Below the pieces are notes generated by a model. It was given only the letters and a program-made list of their open reading frames with translations. It was not told the DNA's origin and did no database searches. The position numbers were made by a program, and so were the translations under genes. Below, one piece after another: positions 31,301 through 39,849 of a DNA stretch of 64,000 bases; position 1 is the stretch's first letter, and each line of letters starts with the position of its first letter. Source of the stretch: an uncultured Chloroflexia bacterium (lineage in GTDB: Bacteria; Chloroflexota; Limnocylindria; Limnocylindrales; CSP1-4); contig CAVZTA010000003.1 in the NCBI GenBank assembly GCA_963778025.1, forward strand, positions 442,751 to 506,750. The letters are read 5' to 3'.

Positions 31301-33004
31301 ATGACCGAGATCCGCGATCGCGGCCGCAGTGCGGCGCACCTCCTCGTCGATTGCCTCGCGGCCGAGGGTTGCGAGTACGTGTTCTCCGTTCCGGGCGAGG
31401 AGACGATGGACGTGCTCGATGCGCTCGCGGGTCACCCGCAGGTCCGTCACGTGACCACCCGCCACGAACAGGGCGCGGCGTTCATGGCCGACGTCCACGG
31501 CCGGCTCACCGGCCGCTGTGCCGTGGCGATGGCCACCCTCGGACCGGGCGCCACCAACCTGGTGACGGGCATCGCCGACGCCTATCTCGACCGCGCGCCG
31601 ATGGTCGCCCTCACCGGCCAGACCGGCATCGACAAGGTGCACAAGGAGTCGCACCAGTACGTCGACATCGTCCGGATGCTCGAGCCCGTGACGAAGTGGA
31701 ACGCACGCGTCGAGCGAGCGGCCGCCATCCCCGAGATGGTGCGCAAGGCGTTCCGCGTGGCCCGCCTCGAGAAGCCCGGCCCGACCCACATCGAGCTGCC
31801 CGAGGACATCGCCGCGACCGAGGTCGGCGACGAGCTCGCGCCACTGCCGCGGACGCGGATCTTCTTCCCCGAGCCCACCGACGAGGCGATCTCGACGGCC
31901 GCGAAGCTGGTGGCGGGCAGCGAGCGGCCGCTGATCCTGGCCGGGAACGGCGTCCTGCGCCGGAACGCATCGCCCGAGCTGCGCGCCTTGGCGCGCGGGC
32001 TGCACGTGCCGGTCGCGGTGACGTTCATGGGCAAGGGCGCCATCGACGACCGGTCCCACCTGTCGCTCATGGCCGTCGGGCTCCAGGCGCGGGACCACGT
32101 GCTCTCGGGGTTCGACCGCGCGGATCTCATCATCTCGGTCGGGTACGACCCGGTGGAGTACGCGCCCGCCCGCTGGAATCCCGACGGGCGCAAGCGGATC
32201 GTCCACATCGACACCACGCCTGCCGAGGTCGACGCGGCCTATCGACCCGAGGTCGAGCTCGTCGGCGACATCGACGGGACCCTGCGCCGGCTGCTGGCCG
32301 CGGTCCTGCCCCACGGCATCGGCGGGCGCGACGCGGGCGAGCGCCACGAGTCGCGCGAGATCCTCGTCCATGCGGACCTGCGCCAGAAGCTGCTCGGGGA
32401 CCTCGCCGCGTTCGAGGCGGACGACGGCTTCCCGATCCGCCCCCAGAAGGCGATCGCCGACCTGCGACGGGTGCTCGGGCCCGAGGACATCGTGGTCTCC
32501 GACGTGGGTGCCCACAAGATCTGGGTCGCCCGCCTGTATCAGGCCTACGAGCCCAACACGGTGATCATCTCGAACGGGTTCGCCTCGATGGGCATCGCGT
32601 TGCCGGGCGCGATCGCCGCGGCGCTGGTGCGGCCCGACCGGCGCGTCGTGGCCCTGTGCGGCGACGGCGGCTTCCTGATGAACGTCCAGGAGCTGGAGAC
32701 GGCGGTGCGGCTGGGCGTGCGCGTCACGGTCGTGATCTGGCGCGACGACGGCTACGGCCTCATCGACTGGAAGCAGCGCAACGAGTTCGGGCGCCCGTTC
32801 GGCGTCGACTTCGGCAACCCGGACTTCGTGGCGCTGGCCTCGTCGTTCGGCATCGCCGCCTTCCGTCCGGCATCGGCCGCCGAGCTGGCGCCCACGCTGG
32901 AGCGCGCGCTGTCCGTCGAGGGCCCATCGCTCGTCGAGGTACCCATCGACTACCGCGAGAACCTCCGCCTCACGGAACGCCTCGGCGCCCTGGCGCTGCA
33001 GTAG
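31301..33004 (+). CDS. thiamine-pyrophosphate enzyme, acetolactate synthase-like
   Basis: TPP N-terminal (FSVPGEETMDVLDAL...HEQGAAFMADVHGRLTGR), central and C-terminal TPP-binding (GDGGFLMNVQELETA) domains. Distinct from ilvB. Confidence 0.85.
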   Translation: MTEIRDRGRSAAHLLVDCLAAEGCEYVFSVPGEETMDVLDALAGHPQVRHVTTRHEQGAAFMADVHGRLTGRCAVAMATLGPGATNLVTGIADAYLDRAPMVALTGQTGIDKVHKESHQYVDIVRMLEPVTKWNARVERAAAIPEMVRKAFRVARLEKPGPTHIELPEDIAATEVGDELAPLPRTRIFFPEPTDEAISTAAKLVAGSERPLILAGNGVLRRNASPELRALARGLHVPVAVTFMGKGAIDDRSHLSLMAVGLQARDHVLSGFDRADLIISVGYDPVEYAPARWNPDGRKRIVHIDTTPAEVDAAYRPEVELVGDIDGTLRRLLAAVLPHGIGGRDAGERHESREILVHADLRQKLLGDLAAFEADDGFPIRPQKAIADLRRVLGPEDIVVSDVGAHKIWVARLYQAYEPNTVIISNGFASMGIALPGAIAAALVRPDRRVVALCGDGGFLMNVQELETAVRLGVRVTVVIWRDDGYGLIDWKQRNEFGRPFGVDFGNPDFVALASSFGIAAFRPASAAELAPTLERALSVEGPSLVEVPIDYRENLRLTERLGALALQ

Positions 33005-33013
33005 GCTCTGAGG

Positions 33014-33577
33014 GTGACCACCGAGCTGCGCGTCGGCGAGCGCGTGCTCGCCCTGATGCAGGGCGACATCACGCGACTCCCGGCCGATGCCATCGTGAAC
33101 GCCGCGAACGAGGCCCTCGCCGGCGGCGGCGGCGTCGACGGGGCGATCCATCGGAACGGCGGCCCGGGGATCATGGCCGACCTCGAGAAGCGCTACGGGC
33201 GCAACCGCCGTTGCCTGACCGGTAACGCGGTCGTCAGCGGTGCCGGCGACCTGCCCGCGCGCTGGGTGATCCATGCGGTAGGCCCCCGGTGGAGCGGCGG
33301 CAACATCGGCGAGGCCAAGCTGCTCACCTCCGCGTATCGCACCGCCCTCCGGCTGGCCGACGAGGAGGGCGCCAGGACGGTGAACGTGCCGGCGATCTCG
33401 ACCGGCATCTACGGCTATCCCATCGAGCTCGCGGCCCCGGTGATCCTGCGCGCGTTGCGCGGCGCCCTCGAGCGGGCGACGAACATCGAGCGCGTCGCCG
33501 TCGTCCTGTACTCCGACGTCACGATGAGCGAGTTCGAGTCCGCCCTGGCGAAGGTCGAGGCCGACCCGGAAAGCTAG
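33014..33577 (+). CDS. macro domain protein (O-acetyl-ADP-ribose deacetylase-like)
   Basis: LMQGDITRLPADAIVNAANEALAGGGGVDGAIHRNGG...VIHAVGPRW...NVPAISTGIYGYP. Confidence 0.85.
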   Translation: MTTELRVGERVLALMQGDITRLPADAIVNAANEALAGGGGVDGAIHRNGGPGIMADLEKRYGRNRRCLTGNAVVSGAGDLPARWVIHAVGPRWSGGNIGEAKLLTSAYRTALRLADEEGARTVNVPAISTGIYGYPIELAAPVILRALRGALERATNIERVAVVLYSDVTMSEFESALAKVEADPES

Positions 33578-33602
33578 CGGCGCGCGGAACGGACGGGGGC
33601 GG

Positions 33603-36600
33603 TCAGCTCCCGTAGACGATGAATGCGTCGTGATCCATGAGTGGCCGCCCGCTCGTCGCCAGGTTCGCGATACGGATCGTGTGCCGCCCCGAGGCCGAGA
33701 AGTCCGTGACGTACAGCACCCGGCGGACCGCGCCCGGCGTCGCCCCGAGATCGATCGTCGACTTCAGCACGCCGTCGATGTACACCCGCACCTTGCCCCG
33801 AGCCGAGCCCACCGGCGCCACCCACGCGACCGCGCGACCCGAGAACGTGTAGGACACCGACTCGCCGAACGCATCGGAGCGACGCAGGTGGCCACCCCAG
33901 AAGTTCGTCGACGAGACCGTCGTCCATGAGCCGGCATACGTCACTCCCGACGCGTTCTCCTGCACCGCGGCCGGCCGGAACGCGATGGTCGCCCAGCCAG
34001 ACACGTTCCCCGAGGGGTCGTGTGCCCGCAGCCGGAACCGATACGCGGTCCCCGGCGACAGCGTCACCAACGCGTCCTTGCGCGTGACCGGCGAGAGCGT
34101 GATCGACGTCCAGTGCGCGCCGCCGTCGGTGCTCCGCTGGAGGTCGTACCGGCTGATCCCGGTGCCGCTGTCCGAGGCATTCCAGCGGATGCGCCCAGGC
34201 ACGCTGGGCCCGGCCGTGGCGCCCACCTGCGTCGTCGCTCGCAGGAGCGAGATCGACGGCGCCGTGACATCCGGTCCGCTGTACGTCGCCGTGAAGGTGC
34301 GATCGGTCGACGCGACGATCGTGTGCGATCGCGCCCCACCGTCCGACCACTTCACGAACGAGCGCAGCGCCCCGCTCAGCGTCTGGGTCGGCGTCGCCTC
34401 CAGCTGATGCGCGGATCCGCGAAGGACCGTGACGTCCGCGGGCGCCTTGTAGGTCGTGCCGTCGAGCAGCAGCGTCGCACCCGTCGGCGACGAGCGCAGG
34501 TGGAGCACGGCGAGCGCGTAGTCGATCTCGCGCGCCACCGTCACCGACTTCCCGAACTCGTCGGTCGCGGTGAGTCGCAGCTCCACGTGGCTCGGGTACG
34601 TGTGGTCGGGCATCGCGAACGATCCCGACGCGATGTCGGAGAGCTGGTCGACGATGTGCTCGTGGCAGTCGCTCGGACAGTGCTCGATGGCGATCGTCCA
34701 CGACAGGGCCGAGGCAGGCAGCGGCCCCTCGTCCGGATCGGTCGCATGGCCGCTGAAGGAGACGACCTGGCCGACGGGATGGCTGCCGGCGCTGGACGGC
34801 GTGTCGATGACCGGGACCGGAGCGGCGTTCGCGACGCTGATCGTCTTGGCGTCCGTGTCCGTGCCACCGTGACCGTCGGACACGCGCAGCCGGATCGTGT
34901 GGTTGCCGGGTGTCGAGAACGAGGTCGTGCGCGACACGGTGGTCCCGTCATCGAACTGCCCGTCGTCATCGAGGTCCCACGCGTAGCTGAGCGTGTCGCC
35001 GTTCGCATCGTGCGAGCCGGACCCGTTCACGGTCACGGTCTCGTTCAGCGCCGGTGCCGCCGGCGTCACCGTGAACGACGCGACCGGTGCCGTGTTCGCG
35101 CCCAGGTAGCGGATCCGATGGATCGCGCCGTCGGTCGACGATGTCGTCGACGGGTCGAACGCGACGTAGAACAGATCCCCGTTGGGACCCTTCACGAGCT
35201 GCACGGGCGAGACGACGCCGCTCGCGAACAGCTCGGTGCTGGATGCGTCGGGCACGCCGCCGGCGCCCGCCTGCATCCAGTACAGGCACTCGCGGTTGTG
35301 GTCGAGGAAGAACAGCGCGCCGTCGTATTGGGACGGGTAGTCGCCGCCGTCGTAGAACGAGATGCCCGCGACCGCCGAGCTGACCGCCGCCGTCCCCGTC
35401 GGGCTGCCCCCGCAGCCGTCACCGGTCACGACCTCCCGCCGGTGGTCCCACGAGTAGACCGGGCTCACGACGGCACCCGCGCCATCGCCGTACAGATCCT
35501 CGCAGATCGGCAGATCGGCCGTATCGAAGGCGGCGAACCGCCCGGTGCCCTCGTAGCACGGCCAGCCCGCGTTGCGCAGGCCACCCGGCTGGATCCGGTC
35601 GACCTCCTCGAACCGGTTGTTGCCCACGTCGCCCACCCAGATCTCACCGGTGCTCTGGCGCAGCGTGAAGCGGAACGGGTTGCGGAAGCCCGTGGCGACG
35701 ATGCGCGCGACATTCTCGGACCCGGAGTCCGCGTTCGGGTTGCTGGGCCACGCATCGCCCGTGTCGGGGTCGAGCCGCAGGATCGACCCGTCGAGGCCCT
35801 GCGGATCGCCGCTGGTCCGGAGGTCCTGCGACCGAAGGTTGCCGCCCTCGTCCTCCGGGTCGCCGCACGGGTTCACCGGCGTGGGCGAGCCGTCCGACCC
35901 GCCCAGCTGGCCCTTGTCCGGCAGCACCGTGAACGACGCTCCGTCGCCCGCCCCCACGTACAGCGAGCCGTCCGGCCCGAACAGCACGGTCCCGATCGAA
36001 TGGGACGGGAACTGCTGGCACCAGTCCTCGATGAGGACCGTCTCGCCCGTCGACGTGCCGCCGCCGCCCATCGTGAGCCGCGACAGCCGCGCGCTCACGA
36101 CGCAGCCGTCGGTCGTGGGCCCGGGGATGGGTCCCGGGCATGACGACGTGAAGCCCGGGAACTGCCAGCGCGGCACGTCATCGGGGTCGTCGCCCAGGAT
36201 GTGGTCGTACGTGTACAGGACGTAGATCGACGGGTCGGCCGGGAAGCCCGGGGCGACGGCCAGCCCCAGCAGGCCGCGGTCCCAGAAGTCGTAGACCTCG
36301 TTCGAGAGGTCGGCGAACACGGTCGGCGTGGGATCGTCGAGTGCCGAGAACACCTTGATCCGGCCGCTCTTCTCGGCGACGAACACACGCCCGTCGGGCG
36401 CGAAGGCGACGGCCGTCGGCGACGACAGGCCGTCGATGACGACGGCGTCCTGGAAGCCGGCCGGCAGCGCGTCGATCGTCAGGTCGCCGTCAGCGCCGAG
36501 CGGGCGGGCTCCCGTGATCTCCCGCGAGCGGCTGGGATCCGCCGCCTGCACGGTCGGCCGTGGTCCGGCGAGCAGCACGATGCCCGCCCCGAAGAGCATG

Positions 36601-36653
36601 CCCGCGAGGAGACGGAGGGCCGTCGCTCGCCCTCCGCCGCGCCTGACCGCCAT
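33603..36653 (-). CDS. secreted PQQ-dependent sugar (glucose/sorbosone) dehydrogenase-like beta-propeller with PKD and fibronectin-III repeats
   Basis: 1016 aa. Signal peptide, GSDH-like region (VIDGLSSPTAVAFAPDGRVFVAEKSGRIKVF...), PKD repeats (LSYAWDLDDDGQFDDGTTVS...) and an FN3-like repeat. Intact. Confidence 0.8.
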   Translation of the reverse strand: MAVRRGGGRATALRLLAGMLFGAGIVLLAGPRPTVQAADPSRSREITGARPLGADGDLTIDALPAGFQDAVVIDGLSSPTAVAFAPDGRVFVAEKSGRIKVFSALDDPTPTVFADLSNEVYDFWDRGLLGLAVAPGFPADPSIYVLYTYDHILGDDPDDVPRWQFPGFTSSCPGPIPGPTTDGCVVSARLSRLTMGGGGTSTGETVLIEDWCQQFPSHSIGTVLFGPDGSLYVGAGDGASFTVLPDKGQLGGSDGSPTPVNPCGDPEDEGGNLRSQDLRTSGDPQGLDGSILRLDPDTGDAWPSNPNADSGSENVARIVATGFRNPFRFTLRQSTGEIWVGDVGNNRFEEVDRIQPGGLRNAGWPCYEGTGRFAAFDTADLPICEDLYGDGAGAVVSPVYSWDHRREVVTGDGCGGSPTGTAAVSSAVAGISFYDGGDYPSQYDGALFFLDHNRECLYWMQAGAGGVPDASSTELFASGVVSPVQLVKGPNGDLFYVAFDPSTTSSTDGAIHRIRYLGANTAPVASFTVTPAAPALNETVTVNGSGSHDANGDTLSYAWDLDDDGQFDDGTTVSRTTSFSTPGNHTIRLRVSDGHGGTDTDAKTISVANAAPVPVIDTPSSAGSHPVGQVVSFSGHATDPDEGPLPASALSWTIAIEHCPSDCHEHIVDQLSDIASGSFAMPDHTYPSHVELRLTATDEFGKSVTVAREIDYALAVLHLRSSPTGATLLLDGTTYKAPADVTVLRGSAHQLEATPTQTLSGALRSFVKWSDGGARSHTIVASTDRTFTATYSGPDVTAPSISLLRATTQVGATAGPSVPGRIRWNASDSGTGISRYDLQRSTDGGAHWTSITLSPVTRKDALVTLSPGTAYRFRLRAHDPSGNVSGWATIAFRPAAVQENASGVTYAGSWTTVSSTNFWGGHLRRSDAFGESVSYTFSGRAVAWVAPVGSARGKVRVYIDGVLKSTIDLGATPGAVRRVLYVTDFSASGRHTIRIANLATSGRPLMDHDAFIVYGS

Positions 36654-36656
36654 GGG

Positions 36657-37943
36657 TCAGCTGGTGAGGGTCAGCGTGACCCGTCCGCTGGCCCGGGCCA
36701 GGATCTCCTTCGCGCGACCGGAGGGGTCGAGGAGGGGTCGCCCGGCGAGCCAGGTGTGATCGACCGCCGGGTGCAGCACATGGACGATGACGAGATCCGT
36801 GTCCGTGGTCGCCGGGTCGTCGATCGACCGCAGCAGCGAGCCGTCCGGCAGCGACAGCTCGGGCACGCGCGGATCGACGTAGTCGACGACCGCGCCGCGG
36901 GCGACGAGCTCCTCGAGGATCTCGATGGCCGGTGACTCGCGGATGTCGTCGACGCCGGGCTTGTAGGTGACACCCACGACGAGCACCCGAGCCCCGCGCA
37001 GGCCGATCCCGCGATCGGCGAGCAGTTCCATCGCACGCGCGACGATCGCCCCGGGACGCTCGACGATGGCCGTCATCGCCTCCTCGAGGATGGGCGCCGA
37101 ACCATGCGCGGCGCGCAGCTGCCAGAGCAGGTAGTGCGGATCGCACGGGATGCAGTGGCCGCCGACACCGGTCCCGGCGCGGAACGGCATGAACCCGAAC
37201 GGCTTCGTGGAGGCGGCTTCGAGGACCTCATCGAACTCGAGGCCCAGGTCCCGGGTCGCCGACTCCATCTCGTTCGCGAAGGCGATGTTGACCGCCCGGA
37301 ACGAATTCTCGAGGAGCTTGGTGAACTCCGCGGCCTCGGGACTGCTCACGGTGTGCGTGGGCGCGACGCGACCGATGACCGCGACCGCGCGCGCCGCGCA
37401 CGCGGGCGACGACCCGCCGACGACCCGCGGCACGACCGACTGCGGGAAGCGCACGTTCCCGGGATCGATCCGTTCCGGGCTGAAGGCGACGTGGATATCG
37501 GTCCCGACCGTGAACCCGCGCTGCTCCAGCGGCGTCGCCACCAGATCGCGCGTGCATCCGACGTAGCTCGTGGAGGTCAGGATGATCACCTGCCCGGGCC
37601 GCGCGTTCGCGACCACGGACGCGCACGCCGCCCGAAGGGCCACGAGGTCGGGGACCTCGTGGGCGTCGACCGGGGTCGGCACGCACACGATCACGGCATC
37701 GGCATCGGCGAGGGCGCGGGGATCGGAGGTGAGCCGGAAGGCGTCGCTGTCGAGCGCGAGCCGCAGGCGGGTGTGATCATCGGCCACGAGATCGACGTGG
37801 CGGCGACGGATGGCGTCGAGCCGCGCCTCGCTGATCTCGAGCGCGATGAGCTTGGCGCCCGTCTCGTGCAGGCCCAGGGCTGTCGGCAGCCCGACATAGC
37901 CCAACCCGACGATGGCGACCGTGGGAGCCTCCACGGGGACCAT
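36657..37943 (-). CDS. nucleotide-sugar dehydrogenase (UDP-glucose/UDP-ManNAc dehydrogenase family)
   Basis: MVPVEAPTVAIVGLGYVGLPTALGL (Rossmann fold), ...GGHCIPCDP... and the UDPG_MGDP_dh C-terminal region. The start is uncertain. ORF 36657..38333 extends upstream through probably non-coding sequence. Confidence 0.8.
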   Translation of the reverse strand: MVPVEAPTVAIVGLGYVGLPTALGLHETGAKLIALEISEARLDAIRRRHVDLVADDHTRLRLALDSDAFRLTSDPRALADADAVIVCVPTPVDAHEVPDLVALRAACASVVANARPGQVIILTSTSYVGCTRDLVATPLEQRGFTVGTDIHVAFSPERIDPGNVRFPQSVVPRVVGGSSPACAARAVAVIGRVAPTHTVSSPEAAEFTKLLENSFRAVNIAFANEMESATRDLGLEFDEVLEAASTKPFGFMPFRAGTGVGGHCIPCDPHYLLWQLRAAHGSAPILEEAMTAIVERPGAIVARAMELLADRGIGLRGARVLVVGVTYKPGVDDIRESPAIEILEELVARGAVVDYVDPRVPELSLPDGSLLRSIDDPATTDTDLVIVHVLHPAVDHTWLAGRPLLDPSGRAKEILARASGRVTLTLTS

Positions 37944-38149
37944 CGCAGCGAGATCGGCCGCCGTCTCGGCCGGGAGATCGAGGACGTGGAGGCGTCCCGC
38001 CGGCGTCTCGTCGACGACGCGGGAGCGAGCCCTACTCGGGCGGTCGGCCTGAAGAGTCAACGTGTTGCCCCCTGATGCCGGAGTGGCGGGCATACGATTC
38101 CCGCGACATCGACGAAGAAAAAAGACAGCCCCCTGAAGATGAAGCGGGC

Positions 38150-38260
38150 ATACCCCCTGACCGCTGCCGGAATCGAACCAGTACCAATGGCTGGTGTCAA
38201 GGACAGCCAACCTTGCAAGACCGCACCGCTTCGGCCTCCGGTGCGCAGGCGCACCAGGAC
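38150..38260 (-). other. tRNA T-arm-like motif (GGTTCGATTCC) in a structured intergenic region; possible tRNA fragment or att remnant
   Basis: ggaatcgaacc on the plus strand (38170-38180) is the reverse complement of a canonical T-loop. No acceptor or anticodon stems could be folded by eye. Confidence 0.2.
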
Positions 38261-38369
38261 CCCGATGGGACCTTCGGCGACTCCGGGCCGCCTCCGGCAG
38301 CGCCGGCGAGGCGGACACGGTGCCCCTTCGCACCGTGCCTCCGGGGAAGGCGCGTAGACTGCCCCGGTC

Positions 38370-39692
38370 GTGAACGACCGAATCCTGTTCGTGCGCCAGC
38401 TCCGGTACCTGGGCCGGCGTGTGCTGCTCATCGTCCTGGCGACGGTCGCGGGACTGTTCCTGGGCTATTTCGCGAGCACGCTGACGCAGCGCACCTACGA
38501 GGCCAAAGCGCGGATCGTCATCGGTCCCGCCGTCGCCCCGCTGATCTCGAACCCGAATGACGTGGCGCCCCCCCAGCGGCTGATCCAGACCTACGCGGAG
38601 TTGGTCGAGACCGACGCGATCGCGGACCTCGTGTCCGACGACACGGGGATCCCGTCGGCGCGCCTCCTCCAGCGGTCCAGGCGGTGGCGCCGCTCGAAAG
38701 CCTGTTCATCGACATCATCGCGCGGGACCAGGACCCGGACACCGCGGCGCTGATCGCGAACTCGTTCGCGAACACGCTCATCGATCGATCACCCGACTAC
38801 ACCGTCGACACGTCGAAGGTGAAGCTGCTCGTCGCTCGCGCAGCCGGCGAGCCCGCCAGACGACCCGATCGCCCCGCGGCCGCTGTTCGACAGCCTGCTC
38901 GGCGGCATGGCCGGGCTGATGGGCGGCATCGTCGGGGTGTACGTCGCCGCATACGTCCGGCGCCGGGTGCGCTTCTCGGAAGACCTCGAAGGGATCCTGG
39001 GACGACCCACGCTGGGGACGCTCCGCGCATTGCGCCCGGGCCCCCTCATGGACCGCATCCAGGGGTCACGCGACCTGCAGCGCGCGCGTCTGGCGATCGA
39101 ATACCAGACGGTCGGATCGCCCGTGACCCGCCTGCTGGTCGCCAGCCCGGACGCGGGTGACGGACGCACCACGGTCGCTGCCGCGCTGGCGCTGTCGTTC
39201 GCCCAGGTGGGCCGTGCGACGGTGCTCGTCGACGGCGACATCCGCCACCCGGCCGTCGCCGAACGGCTGGGCCTGGGGGAGGTCGACCCCGATCGCGCGG
39301 CGGACGACGAGGGACACCTGCGTGCGGTCCGGATGCTCCAGGTGCCCGATCTCTCGGTCGTTCCGGCGTCCTTCGTCCACGCGCCGACGGTGAGCGCGAT
39401 GCTCGAGCGGGTGGCCCTGGCCGTGCGTGACGCCGTGGCCGCCGGCGCCGAGGTGGTGATCGTCGACTCGCCGCCGCTCGAGGCCTTCGCCGACGCCGGC
39501 GTGATCGCCCAGCAGATGGATGCCGTGATCCTGGTCGCGCGCGAGGGCGTCGGCACGGATGCCGTGGAGCGTGCCCGGGAGCGTCTGGAGATGGCGAAGA
39601 TCCCGATCCTGGGCGCGGTCCTCAACCGCCGGCCGGTCGTCGAGACGGTCGTCGAACACCCGTCGACCGTCGCCAGCGTGGAGCCCACCTAG
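38370..39692 (+). CDS. polysaccharide co-polymerase (Wzz-like) fused to a BY tyrosine autokinase (two apparent frameshifts near 38695 and 38855)
   Basis: N-terminal TM and Wzz region (MNDRILFVRQLRYLGRRVLLIVLATVAGLFLGYF...). The second TM is in frame 2. The kinase with Walker A (VASPDAGDGRTTVAAALALSFAQ) and Walker B (VVIVDSPPL) is back in frame 0. GTG start. Confidence 0.75.
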
Positions 39693-39849
39693 GCCCACCG
39701 GCCACGCAGCCGCGCCCCGATCCGAGTCCTCGTTCCGAGCGTGGTCGGCGGCCATGGTGCCGTCGAGCACCGCCCGGACGGATCCGCGGGTCGTCCGTGG
39801 TAGGGTGCGCGTCCGGTGACCGAGGCGCGCTGATGGGAGACGGTTCGAC

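Noticed and set aside
38150-38540. tmRNA (ssrA) hypothesis for the T-arm-like motif
   Set aside because: A tmRNA would need about 360 nt 5' of the T-arm on the minus strand. That would overlap the well-supported Wzz gene start at 38370. No GGGG 5' acceptor partner and no CCA-proximal acceptor pairing were found.
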